Positions 11,831 to 25,100 of a DNA stretch of 64,000 nt are shown in pieces. Position numbers and translations under genes: made by a program. A model generated the notes under the pieces. It did no database searches and was not told where the DNA came from. It saw nothing but the letters and a program-made list of their open reading frames with translations. This stretch comes from Octopus sinensis (lineage: Eukaryota), in contig NC_043010.1 in the NCBI RefSeq assembly GCF_006345805.1, positions 57,412,001-57,476,000 of the forward strand, read 5' to 3'. Every line of letters starts with the position of its first letter. The first letter of the stretch is position 1.

Positions 11831-12159
11831 TATATATGTGTTAACATATATATGCATGTGTGTGTATGTATTCTGTAGAATATGTAGGGATCCTGAGAAG
11901 ATGCGTGAGGGATTGTATTTATATAAGTGTTCAGGTGTGTAAATGTATATTTAGGTATATGCGTGAAGTTCTGTACTAGTGTGCACACACACACACACAC
12001 ATGGACACACACACACACACACATATGGACCACACACACACACACAACACACACACACACGCACGCTATCGGTGCATAAGACGTACCCCGTCCGTGGCAC
12101 AGAAAAGGATTTTAATTGCATACACTTCATTAGTGAAATGCTGTCAATAGCACAACAGC

Positions 12160-12560
12160 TGAACGTCAACAACAACAACAACAGCTAAACAACATCGACG
12201 ATGACAACAACAACATTCTTAAATCTAATTTCAAATACAAACAGTTTGTTCAACCAAATGAAATAATTTAAACCATTGGACAAACATACACCACCACCAT
12301 CACTTCCAACACCACCACGCCACCGCCACCACCACCGCCACCACCACCACCGCCACCACCACCACCGCCACCACCACCACCACCACCGTCCACCACCACC
12401 ACCACCGCCACTGCCGCCGCTACCACCACCACCACCACCGCCACCACCACCACCACCACCACCACCACCACCACCACCACCACCACCGCCGCCGCCGATT
12501 ATTATCACCATCAAAGAAGAAGTAAACAGCAGAAAACATAATATGCTGCTGCTGCTGCTG

Positions 12561-12594
<34 letters not shown>

Positions 12595-12845
12595 CACCAC
12601 CACTACTACTACTACAGGAGGAGAGGAGGAGGAGGAGGAGGAAGAAGAAGAAGAAGAAGAAGAAGAATGAAATAAAAGAGAAGATTTATAAAAAAAAAGA
12701 GAAGAAAAGTGTAAACTCTGTGGCGGTGTTGCTGTTTCTGTTGTTGTTGTTGTTTGTGGAGTTGTTGTTGGTGTTGTTGGTGGTGGTGTTGGTGTTGGTG
12801 TTGTTGGTGGTGGTGTTGGTGTTGGTGTTGGTGGTGGTGGTGGTT
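12160..12845. repeat. Compound trinucleotide block (AAC, ACC/GCC, CTG/CTA, GGA/GAA, GTT/GGT)
   Basis: Consecutive triplet tracts seen directly; source of several low-complexity ORFs. Confidence 0.95.
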
Positions 12846-12984
12846 ATATGACAATGTCTGATATAAATTATCAAGAGAATGGAATGTGGTTGTTGTTTGA
12901 TCAAGGAAATTCTATGACAGAATAAGGGAATCCCTACAGAATAGTTAAACTAACAAACCACATCAACACACACACACACACTCA

Positions 12985-13027
<43 letters not shown>

Positions 13028-13386
13028 TCTTCTACAGCTGACCTTGGGTGTGGGGGTGAGAAAAGATTTGTGTGTTTAACCAAAATGAAATCTCTAGCTT
13101 TGTATGGGTATGCGTGTGTGTGTCTTTGAATGTGTGCACAAATGTGTGTAGATGTGTGTGTGTGTGTATAACCGTAATGAGATGTTTAGCTTTTGTGTGT
13201 GTGTGTGTGTGTGGTTTGCTCTTTGTGTTTCCATTTGTATGCCCATATATCTTTATATGCGTGTATAGATACATCTGTGTGTGTGTGAGTGTATGTGTAT
13301 GTCTGTATGTGTAAATGTCTCTTTGTATGTCTCTTTGAGTGTGCATGAGTCTTAACGTGTGTGTGTGTGTGCATGTGTGTATCTGT

Positions 13387-13432
<46 letters not shown>

Positions 13433-13510
13433 ATATATGTCTGTTCATATGTGTCTCTACGTGCCTGTGTCATGTATGTTCATATCATTGTAAGTATCTC
13501 TCTACTTTTC

Positions 13511-13556
<46 letters not shown>

Positions 13557-14634
13557 ATATTTTTTTTTATATAATATGTATGTGTATCACCATAGCTACA
13601 TCCTGTGTATGGCTGTGTAATCTACGTGTGTTTATATATCTCCATGTGTCATGGCCAAGTTGTCCAAGAAGATTACTTTACCATCTTAGATTCCCAGGTT
13701 TGGTTCCCCGCTGCGTATCATCTTAAGCAAGTCTCTTCTACCAGACCCTCAGCTAATGTTTCCTTGACTTTCTTTTATTGTGCCTGTGCATGGAAATGTT
13801 CCTGTGTCCAAATATCATCTTTATAAACCGTTTGCACATCCATGTGGGTAAGAATTTCTCAAATGTCTTTCTAATTAGAAAACATCCCATTCCATCTTGG
13901 AAACTTTTATAGTGTTATGTAACACGTTCGGATGAGTTCTACTCCTCTACTCTCACTGCTACTCAACTGTTCTCTACTCTTCCCCTCGATGTCTAGACTT
14001 CTCCCTCTATATCTCTGTATTGGGATAGTCTACTTCATTGACTGGGGGTGTCGACACAACATATAATGTACCCGTCGTGCCTGGATTATCTCAGGGCTAA
14101 ACATAAAAGGCCCAGAAAGGACGAAGCGGGCAACCACAACACATGTGCAAAACACAACAGCCTTAACAGAAGTTGTGAAGGGCATATAAGTGCCCGACTC
14201 TACAGGACACTTGCTCTTTTGGGCAGTCAGCTCACCAACTGCCCATAGCTAGCTCCCTTTCATTCCTTCCACGCCCTACACGGGATGTCAAGATGCCTCT
14301 CTCAATGTAGGTACCTCCTGGCGATACATTCGCTCACTCTGTTTTTCTTTAAACGGTAAATGCCAGAAAGCCAGAACATCTCCAGCGAAATAAAAACTAT
14401 TACAGTTGTATTTAGTGAGGGTTCTCTGCTCTTTTCCTCGCAGCTCACACCTAACCCCCAGCCTAACAAGGAAAACACACATAATGCACTCACTGAACTT
14501 TCCTGACTGTAAAAGATGTGTGGAGGGTCACAAATGGACAGCTTAGAGGGATCCCTGGCCCCTTGGATCACCTTCAAAGTATTGGCAGCAGTGACATTGG
14601 GCAGATAGAAATTAAATGGTTATTTATACCTGCA

Positions 14635-14701
<67 letters not shown>

Positions 14702-14876
14702 CATCAGTGGAGTCTAGATCCAAAAGAGGAGCAGGCTCTGAGTTGCAGAGCAGAAGAGTATTTAGAGAAAGATAGACATGGCTGGTCTATGGGGTTACCT
14801 GGGCTTCATGTCTATAAAGTGCTTTGCTTTACTATGTTGTAAAGCTGAGCGCTTTATGGACCGGCCATAACTATCT

Positions 14877-14938
<62 letters not shown>

Positions 14939-14980
14939 ATCTATCTATCTATCTATCTACCTATATATATATATATACAA

Positions 14981-15141
14981 CCAGGCTTCTTCCAGTTTCC
15001 ATCTACCAAATCCACTCACAAGGCTTTGGTCGGTCTGAGGCTATAGTAGAAGACACTTGCCCAAGGTTCCACGCTGTGGGACTGAACCCAGAACCATGTG
15101 GTTGGTAAGGAAGCTACTTACCACACAACCACTCCTGCACC
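14981..15141 (-). mobile_element. SINE family A head and core
   Basis: Reverse complement of the 7017 head; followed on the minus strand by (AT)n(AGAT)n at 14870-14975. Confidence 0.85.
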
Positions 15142-15191
<50 letters not shown>

Positions 15192-15258
15192 CATATATAT
15201 ATAGCTAGATAGATAAATAGATAGATAGATAGATAGATAAAGATATACTTATACACAC

Positions 15259-15296
<38 letters not shown>

Positions 15297-15297
15297 A

Positions 15298-15472
15298 TAG
15301 TCCACTCTGTAAAGTAGATGGTGTTAGGGACGGCATCCCTGCAGCTGTTGAAACTATGCCAAAACAGAGAGTGGACCTTGGCTGAATCCTCTGTCCTTAA
15401 CCAGCTCCTGCCAAACCATCCAACCCATGACAGCATGGAAGACAGAAGTTAAATGATGATGATGATGATGAT
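15298..15472 (+). mobile_element. RTE-type 3' tail
   Basis: GTCCACTCTGTAAAG..CCAACCCATGACAGCATGGAAG..TTAAATGATGATG. Confidence 0.75.
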
Positions 15473-16069
15473 GGGAAATACAAACACTTTACATCTTGCA
15501 GTAAATGTACAAGGGTCCATGGAATACTCAACCACATACACTACAGTAGGACGACATAGGTTGTTCACCGCACACACACACACAACACACACACACACAC
15601 ACACACACACGATGGCATTGTCAGTTTAACCATCACTGAAACTAGGATTTGATCTCTTCAACACATGTGTATGTCTTCATGTATCCTAGTGGGATGGAGG
15701 GGGTGACAGCATGGAATGATGGCAAATTTCCAGGAATTTGAGAACCCCAGCATGGCTTTATTCCATGTTGATGCTGTTTCATTCCACCCATATTATATTG
15801 CTATATATTACATAATATCATATCGATATTGCATATCCATATTATACATTATGTTCTTATACTTTACATTTCTCTACATCAGACTGATAAACATATTTCC
15901 TTTCTATGTTCTATATTACAATGATATACATCATGTTGACATTTATTATATTCATATGTACATTACATTGATACACCATATATTATATTGCTGCTATATC
16001 ATGTACATATACATCATTCTATTGTATATTATGTTGTTATATTATACATTACTCTATAAACTGGGTTCA

Positions 16070-16250
16070 CATTTCAGGTGGGTGGGGGTAATTACATTGA
16101 CACCCAGTCATCAAACTGATGCTTATTTTATCGATCCTGAAAGGATGATGAGCAAAGTCAACCGTGGTGGAATTTGAACTCAGAACGTTTGCACGGCCAG
16201 AATGCCACTAAACCTTTTGTCCAGCATGGTAACCGTTCTGCCATCTCACC
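16070..16250 (-). mobile_element. SINE family B
   Basis: Matches the TTTATCGA..GAAAGGATG..CAAAGTCAACC..GGAATTTGAACTCAGAACG block shared with the other copies. Confidence 0.75.
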
Positions 16251-17437
16251 TTCTTTGCTCTCTATAACATATTGCTGGATTGTATATCAAATTGGTGCAT
16301 ATTATGTTGATATGTATTCCATGGCCATATTGTAGATTACGTTGATATATGATATCAGACCAATATTGCTTTTAAGAAAGGTATTATCAGCCGAACATGG
16401 TTTTAAATTATTTTCTTTTTGGATTTGGTTTGCAAAAGTCTACAACTTTTGAATAGGTTGCAAGACCCAATGAAAATTTTAGGGGAAATAAATAAGTAAA
16501 TGAGTGGAAAAGTTACCAGTGAGTGTGTCAAAAAAAGCACCAAAAGAGAATGGCCCTCCCCAGACACAACAGAATAGTTTTAAAGTGTTATTTTGTATAA
16601 TCTAGTTGTAATAATGCATGTTTAAATGGTGATAAGTATGGGGATTGTCAAGATGGGTGGAAACTGGGTGGTTATGCAGGGTTAATCTTTTAGAAAACGG
16701 TATTTGGTGGCAGCAATGCTTTAACAATATAACTATAGTGAGTAGAAGACTTGGAATTATTATGTCTGTCTATGTTTTAGGTTCAAATCTTAAAAGACTT
16801 CCTAATTTGGGAATTGATTTTTATGACTACAGCTCTCCTTCAGAATTGGTCGGAACCTTTATTCATAGTTTATATTGCAGACAGATTCAGAACAAATTCT
16901 CTGAGATACAGAAGCAATGAGACTGTCATTCATTCATTCATTCATACACACATACATACATACATACATACACACATACATACATACAAAAATACATACA
17001 TACATACATACATACATACATACATACATACATACATACATACATACATACATACATACATACATACATACATACATACATTCATACATTCAGACATGCA
17101 TACATACATACAAAAATACTCTGTTATCAAGGTTGAAATTCCAATGAAGGAACCTTGGATCTAGGTTAGAAGCCAGCTCCTTTTCTATTGGCAAGAAATC
17201 TTGAAATAAAACTGAACAATGATATACATGTGTGTGTCTCTCTGTATATATAGATGAGTGTGTGTGTGTATGTGTGTGTTCATATCCATGTAATAAACTA
17301 GTTATCTCTCTGACTGTCCATGTACACACAGATACACACAGATACACACACACTCACACACACACATACATGTACATATGTGTATGAGTAAATATAGATA
17401 TATGTGTATATTATGTATACATATATATATATGTGTG

Positions 17438-17479
<42 letters not shown>

Positions 17480-20400
17480 CATAGCTGCTTGGGTTGCCAC
17501 TTGGCTCCCTGGCTACCAGCATCACTCAGCCAGTTTGTGCATTCAGCTGCCTCAGTTGCTCCCTGGAAGGAGCTGCACTTGTTTGCTCTGTCAGATGTCT
17601 CCCATGTCGCCATCCCTCCATCCCTGCTGTACTCCTCATCACATCCTCTCTCTCTCTCTCTCTCTACCATTTCCATGCCAATAGACAAATATTCCAAAGC
17701 TGGCACATACACATACACCTACACACACACACACACTCACACACATGGGAATTTATGAATTTGCACATACATGAGTGTGTGTGGTCACAGAGAACATATA
17801 TACATATACACACACATGTATATAGTACGCATAATATATCTGTATATCTAAATGTATGTGTGTGTGTGTGCTTGTGTGTATGTACATGTGTGTGTGTATG
17901 TACACACACACACACACAGCCATGGGTGCAGGACGCATTGCTGAGGCCCATCAGATCCCATTTAAATGCAAAAACCTGAGCCAACACAGAACAAGGTGTC
18001 CAAACAATGATGATGATGATGATGATGATGACACACTCATGTCTATTTACATAAGGATGTGTGTATGTGTGTGTACATAGTTGTTTGTTAGTTCTTCGGT
18101 TTGTCTTCCTGCCAACCTAGCGATGGCCATGCTGCAGCACATTCTTCCCGTGTTCCATGACAATGTGCAATTATTCATGGTGTATCAAAACTGCAATGCC
18201 AGTTCAATTCGTTTTTCTCTAATTTCCCTTTCAGTAATACCTTCATCCTGTCTCTGGCATCCCACCCCAACTCTCTCCTCTCCCTCTCTCTCTCCTCCCT
18301 CCCTCTATCTCTCTCTCTTTCTCTTTTGTTCTCTCTCTCTTTCTCTTTTGTTCTCTCTCTGATTGTACCCTCCTCTCTCTCTCTCTCTCATTCCGTACTT
18401 CATGGCTCATAATCTGGAGACACATGGCCTCCACTTTCCACTTTTACTGGTTTCTGCTACACTACATCAAGTGAAATCAATGATGACCCACTCACACTCA
18501 CACACACACACACCTATACCCCGCCCCCGACACAAAACCACACCCACACACCCACATCTAGAAATGTCTGAGGTATACTACAGCTATCTCCATTGCAAGA
18601 TAGCAAAAGCAAGTGTCTTTATGTTCCGAAAAGGGAATTGATATACTTCATTACTCAATTAATGATCTGCTAAAAACACACTAATTAACCCCAATCCTGC
18701 TCAGTGTTTCTCTCCTTATGACTCCAACAAGTATTCACAAGGAATTGGTCAATGTGATGCTAGGGTGGACACCATTGAATTGAACTTGGAACCACTTGGT
18801 TGTGAGGTTAACTTCTTCATCAGGTATCCACACCTTCACTCAGCAGGAAATACATAACTACACTACAATGCAACGCACCAGATATAGTCACAATTGTAAG
18901 TGAAATCTATGCTTAGCTAAGTAGGTTCTAACAAGACTGAAACATGTCCAGAGTTATCTCCCATACTTCAGAAATTATTAAAACAACATTACTCATTGAC
19001 TTTATGCTGTGTTTTCTTCATCACATCAGTAATTCTAATTAGAATTTAATAATTCAATAATTGCTAACATAAATAAGGCAACACAAGCCTAATTTTGATA
19101 TTAAAACTGTATCATAAAAGTAAACATTTTCATGGAAATGCAGTAATGGTATCCTTGTGGTGATATCATCATGCCGTATGACAGGTGACATCACCAGCAC
19201 AATATCAAAGCAGCTGATATCTTCTTTGTAACATCATTCTCTCATCCATTCAGTTGACAGCATCATGACAGCTGACGATGCGATGCATTGTCAGGGCTGC
19301 TGATGTTATCATGCAAGCATAATAATAATATGTATGTGTTGTGGCATGTGTGTGTGTCTATGTGTGTGTGTGTTTATGTGTGTGTGTGTCTATGTGTGTG
19401 TGTGTGTGTGTGTGTGTAATGCAATTTCTGACAGTCATTCACTGATGCGAAGAGAAAAGTTGGTGACGAAGAGGATGGAAAGTTTATGGTCAGCTCTCAA
19501 GAAGACTCAACGATGACAATGGAAGAATGTCATGGCTTACATAGTATTTCCAATCACTTCTAAAGACATCTCTCTACTGAACCTCCGCATGGTACCTATT
19601 TCGAGCCAGCTGATGGCAGCAAAACAGAAGACCAAACCGGTTCCTGGTCCCTATTTACAACCAAGTAAACTGAGCACTTAACTGTATTTATTTGAGGTAG
19701 ATTTTCTGAAAGAGTGATTTTACATAACCCTGTCGTTCTTTAATTTGCTGTGGTCTGTGTACTGTGGCCATGCTGGGGCACTGCCTACAATAATTTTAGT
19801 TGATTAAATTGATTCCAGTTCTTGGTTTGATCCATATTTCAACAAGATGTTGCTCTGAGGGGAGATAACTCAATTGGATATAAACACCGATGTGCATTTC
19901 TGTTCAAATGTACCAGTTTGATCCCATACAGATATAAATACACACACATGTATTGTTTGTTTGTTTGTTTGTTTTATGTCCATTTTTTTATGCTAGCATG
20001 GGTTACACTCACGCCCCACCTCCACACACACAATGAACTTCCATGATGTTTCTCTCTAACTTCACCTCAAGGTGTTGGTCAGCTCAAGACTATGGTACAC
20101 ACTCTGGGATTGAACCTGAAGCAACCTGGTTTGGAAGTACACTTCTTAGCCACACAGTCACAACTGCTTGCTACATGAAATACATGACTACACAACAATT
20201 CAACAGATCAGCTAAACTCACAGTTTTAAGGCTACACCACTATTATAAGACATATCTCAACTGTATGACACACTATGTATCATATATTAGCAATCATAAA
20301 ACTACATCATAGTATGTGATACATCATACAAAAAATTTCTTTATAAGAAGATATAACCAAAGTTACAAGATTAATATTGTAAGACATTTCTTAACCACAT

Positions 20401-21814
20401 GACACATCATGTATCGCATGTTCACAATTATCACACTGCATCATATCATGTGATATATCTTATAATATATGACTAAAAACCAAGTGACCACATAAGATAT
20501 GTCACTGTTGTGTGATATGTCTCAACTTTATGACATGTTGAATAGAATGTAATCACCATTCTGTGACGCATCACACCATTGTGTATCCTCACTAACAACT
20601 GCAGGAGATGCCATCAACCAACTTCGACAGAACATGGCAGAGTGTTGTTATGTCACCCCAGGGGAACCGGTATTGAATGAAACACCGCTTTTACAATCAA
20701 TAACTTGGCTCCCTCCAAGCTCAGCTTATTGTGATATTGAATTTCATGAGGAAACTTCTAGGAACTATCAGTTTTATTACTGTTCCACTAGATTCCCTGC
20801 CATACTGTTCACCTCCACCACCTCCACCACCACCACCACCACAACCACCACCATCACCATCATCACCACCACCACCACTGCTATCATAACCCTCCTCCTC
20901 CTCACCATTACTCGGAATAATTTCATGACAAGAAGAAATGATGGATCTGCTCCAAGTTTTTCCTGTGGCAGTGTGAAATGGTAAATAAACTTGCTGAAAT
21001 ATTCTACGGTTATTGGCAATCCCAACAGCAATAACACTGCCTCCACCCCACCCCCAGCACACACACACACACATCAGACAATAGACTACACAAATGCAGA
21101 AGCACAACAACATCATTCGATGCATCACGGTCCTCCGCCACCACCATGTTACACAACATCCCCCCACCCCACCCCCTCTATATACAACAGCACACTCTGC
21201 CCATGCCCACCACCACCACCACCATCATATCTGACGTGTGTGCCAAACCGCAAATCACAGTTAAATTATATTTACTTTTATTTCCAGAACTGTTAAGAAA
21301 TTGACAACAATAAAACCAGTGGCAGTAACAACAACAACAATAATAATAACAATAACAATAACAACAAGAACAACAGAAACAATAGGAAACTATACAATAA
21401 CGTAAACAATAAGAACAGCAACAACAACTGAGTTAATAAAAACTAATATGAATCAGTAACAGAACATACAATAAATGTGTGTGTGTGTGTGTGTGTGTAT
21501 ACTGGCCTTAAGAGCTGTCACAACAGGCTACGTACACCTCGGCTACAACACAATATACTCCCAAATGATATCATCTGAGCTAGGGTTCAATGCCCACAAA
21601 TGTGTTTTTGTCCCCAAACTCTTCAGACAATACAAAAGAAATACAACTAAACTCTCATTACATCCTGAACAATCACACAGTCTCGCCTCTCCATGAATAA
21701 CCCCTGTGACTCCTTTCCAGAGATCCCTTTCTGCTTCACACACACCTAGCTTTTATAACCCCTGGCAAAAAAGGATCTGCCATCTCTCCACCTGTTCATC
21801 ATCAGCTTCATTGT

Positions 21815-22040
21815 TTCTTTATTACCAACAAGGGGCTAAACACAGAGGGGACAAACAAGGACAGACAAACGGATTAAGTCAATTACATCGACCCCAGTGC
21901 ATAACTGGTACTTAATTTATCGACTCCGAAAGGATGAAAGGCAAAGTCGACCTCGGTGGATTTGAACTCAGAACGTAACAGCAGACGAAATACGGCCACG
22001 CATTTTGCCCGGCGTGCTAACGGTTCTGCCAGCTCGTCAC
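21815..22040 (-). mobile_element. SINE family B (tail type 2)
   Basis: Minus strand GAGCTGGCAGAACCGTTAGCACGCCGGGC..GTTCTGAGTTCAAATCC..GCCTTTCATCCTTTCGGAGTCGATAAA..GTCTGTCCTTGTTTGTCC. Confidence 0.9.
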
Positions 22041-22840
22041 ATTATGACCTAATATCATCAGCATCATTGACACACTCCCCCATCATTAAAGAAAATAAAT
22101 AACAATATTCAATGAAATCAATTCGTCTAAGAGGCAGCATTTTCAATCGGCTGAACTTAACAGACTGCAAATCGTGAACTGAAGTTGATGGATTCAACAA
22201 AGTACATCCCACAATGCAACATCCAATAGCTGCCAAGCCACAACTGAAATGGCCACAACACAAAATAACTGAAGAGACTGTCTCAGGTCATTGTTTTTAC
22301 GTGGAGTACAACATAAATATACCTAATGCTTGGTCCACAAGGGACCTGTGACCAATGATGCTCTGGCTCACCAATTGCAATACAAAAAGAAATGGGTGTG
22401 TGTGCGTCTGTGTGTGAGTGTATATATATGTGTGTGTGTGTGTGTAAGATATTTAGATGCACACCTAGTTTCCTATGAAAGTGCTTGTTTCGTTGGACAA
22501 AACTGGTCAAGCTGTTTCATATCCAATGCGATGTGGGTGCTGGTCACAGAAGGGTCCTGTCTTTTTACCCAGCCGGAAGAGAGATTTATTGCTCACAACA
22601 GAACGGTCAAAAAGCAGAGGACAAGCTGCAATGAAACATGTCACGCATATTGTCTTCCGATCATATTTCTAGAGTTGATTCTGTCCATTTATTCTTCCAC
22701 TCCACAGACCTTTATTGCAGCCAAAGAGAATCCATGATGTACAAAGACAGAAGAATGGTTGTTGAGCTTCTTTGGTGAAAAACAGCCAACCGTGACTCAT
22801 TCTGATGTCCTCTGTGGCTTATTTATCTGTTTTATAAAGG

Positions 22841-23005
22841 GGTAGGCATGGCTGGGTAGTAAGAAGCTTGCTTCCCATCCACATGCTTAAGGGTTCAGTT
22901 CCACTGTGTGGCACCTTGGGCAAGTGTCTTATACTATAGCCCCAGGCTGACTAAAAGCCTTCGGAGAGGATTTGGTAGAGGGGAAACTGTAAGAAGCCCA
23001 TGGTA
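22841..23005 (+). mobile_element. SINE family A head and core
   Basis: GGCATGGCTGGGTAGTAAGAAGCTTGC..ACCTTGGGCAAGTGTCTT..GAAGCCC. Confidence 0.85.
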
Positions 23006-23162
23006 TATGTGTGTGTGTATAGCTGTATATATATATATATATATATAATGGCTAAACCAACACTGTGATGTGTTCGGATGGTGTGTGTGTGTCTGCCCAC
23101 CTGTGGTTGTATGAATCTAATTATAGTCTACACAAGAAATAGAAAGGTTTCTGGCTAATTAC

Positions 23163-23343
23163 CTGCCATGTTATGAATCTCTTCATAGTCTCCATGTTGT
23201 CCCTGATTCCAGACTCGTCCACCATCTTTGTGAGTGGACAATGTCTCAGTAAGATAGTTGGGGACGATAGCAACACTCTGTGCCTCCATGTCTGCTCCAC
23301 ATGTCACACTTATAGGGTAGTTAGACATCTTGGATTTAGGCTG
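23163..23343 (-). CDS. Pcdh: Protocadherin cytoplasmic-tail exon (putative coding exon 2)
   Basis: Acceptor GTCCACTTTTTCCAG|CAG, phase 0, matches the 48969 donor. The 181 nt encode QPKSKMSNYPISVTCGADMEAQSVAIVPNYLTETLSTHKDGGRVWNQGQHGDYEEIHNMA(G), then donor CAG|GTAATT (phase 1). LSTHKDGGRVW...DYEEI resembles the DSG-W...YEE tail motif I recall for cephalopod Pcdhs (recollection, not a search). Confidence 0.75.
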
Positions 23344-23884
23344 CTGGAAAAAGTGGACAATATTTCTGCCAGTGAGAACGGCAACCAGAGTTACAATGAC
23401 AGACAAATAACAAATCGTTTCGTGTAGTGTTTGAGGGGAGGGTGCTTCAATTTAGTGTTCATTTTTTAATTATCAAATGTTAATTGCTTCCAGATTCCAT
23501 TTCTGGTTTCAATAGCAACAAGGATTAATCAGAAATAATCAAACTTTACTCATAAATCACACAATTTCGAAACTCATTAAAACTTCTCACTCTCACTTCC
23601 TTTCTCCTTCTCTCTCCTTCACTCCCTCACTCTCTCTCTCTCTCTCACACTATTTCTCTCGCTCATTCTTTCTCCCTCTCTCTCTCTCTGTATTTTTATA
23701 TATTTTTTTATATATTTCTATCTTTCTCCTTCCCCCTCCTCCTTCTCTCTCTTGTCCCCCTTCTCTTCATATTTTCCTATATTTCTACCATTTCCCCCTC
23801 TTTTTCTTCTTCATTGCTTCAACATCAACAAACCCAAACCATAATGCAATCACACACACACACACTCTCTCACACACACACACA

Positions 23885-23915
<31 letters not shown>

Positions 23916-24048
23916 CACACACACATGCACACACAAATGCATTCCTAGGTTTGCATAGAGATGTGTAAATGTGTTTCATGTATGGGTGTATATCTTTCTT
24001 TACTCGTTTCGGTCATTAGACTGTGGTCATGTTGGGGCATCACCTGCA

Positions 24049-24080
<32 letters not shown>

Positions 24081-24859
24081 ATTTGTGTACATGTGTGTAT
24101 GGGAGGATACATGTATGCTCCTCCTCCTCCTCTTTCTCATCATCATCACCGCTACCACCACCACCACCACCACTATCATCATCATCATCATGACCATCAT
24201 CATCATCATCGTCGTCATCATCGTAGTGGTCATCATCATTGTTGTCGTCATCGTTGTTGTCATCATCATCATCACTCTCTCCACCACCACTGCCATTCAT
24301 CCAACCATTTTTCTATGCAGGCATAGCTTAAACAAGACACTCAACTTCTCAATCTCACGTTAGACAGAACTGGTCAATTTAGTTGTTGTAATGTCTTTAC
24401 AGTGTGGAATTGAGAGCTGTTTATTGTGCCACCACCAGCACAAGGAGTGGTTGCCCTGATTGCATTTTATTGCAACACAGAAGTTGTGCCATATGCCTAA
24501 CAAAGACCAGAGAGTCCCTCTAATCTGCATCAGTTTATATTCAGGGTCAACATCCTCCAGGGTCAATATTCTGCAACCCATGATGTAGCTGGGGGTGGAA
24601 TCAGTGCCTCATTTCCATGGATTCTGTGGCCGAATACCATTTCTATCGACAAAATGCAAACATTACCTTATAAAGATACTCAATGCAGTGGGTAGAGTGC
24701 ATTTGCTCCAGGTGGGGCTGTTTAAGACTATGAACAGATACACACTTAAACACACACATAGGAATATATGTGGGTGTATATGTATATCTAGTGCACCAGC
24801 ATGACCTCAGCCCTGGGCTGAAACCAGTAAACGATAAAAAAGATATATATATATCATAA

Positions 24860-25100
24860 TCATCATCATCATCAAACAGCTGCCTGGCTGCATGGGTGAG
24901 ATGGTTTGGCAAGAACTGGCCAGGCAGAAGTCTGCTCTGTCACCTTCTGTGATGCAACTGTTTTGGCAGGATTTTTACAGATGGATGCCCTTCTTAACAC
25001 CAACCACTCAGCAGAGTGGACTTAATGCTTTTTATGTGGCACAAGTACAGGTGAGGTCAGTTTTGGCAAGGTTTTTACAGCTGGATGACCCTTCCAAATA
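24860..25100 (-). mobile_element. RTE-type 3' tail
   Basis: (CAT)n..GATGGATGCCCTTCTTAACACCAACCACTCAGCAGAGTGGAC on the plus strand. Confidence 0.7.

Noticed and set aside
12276-12851. 191-aa His/Pro/Leu/Lys-rich ORF and antisense poly-Gly/Val ORFs
   Set aside because: Entirely trinucleotide repeats; no domain or splice context.
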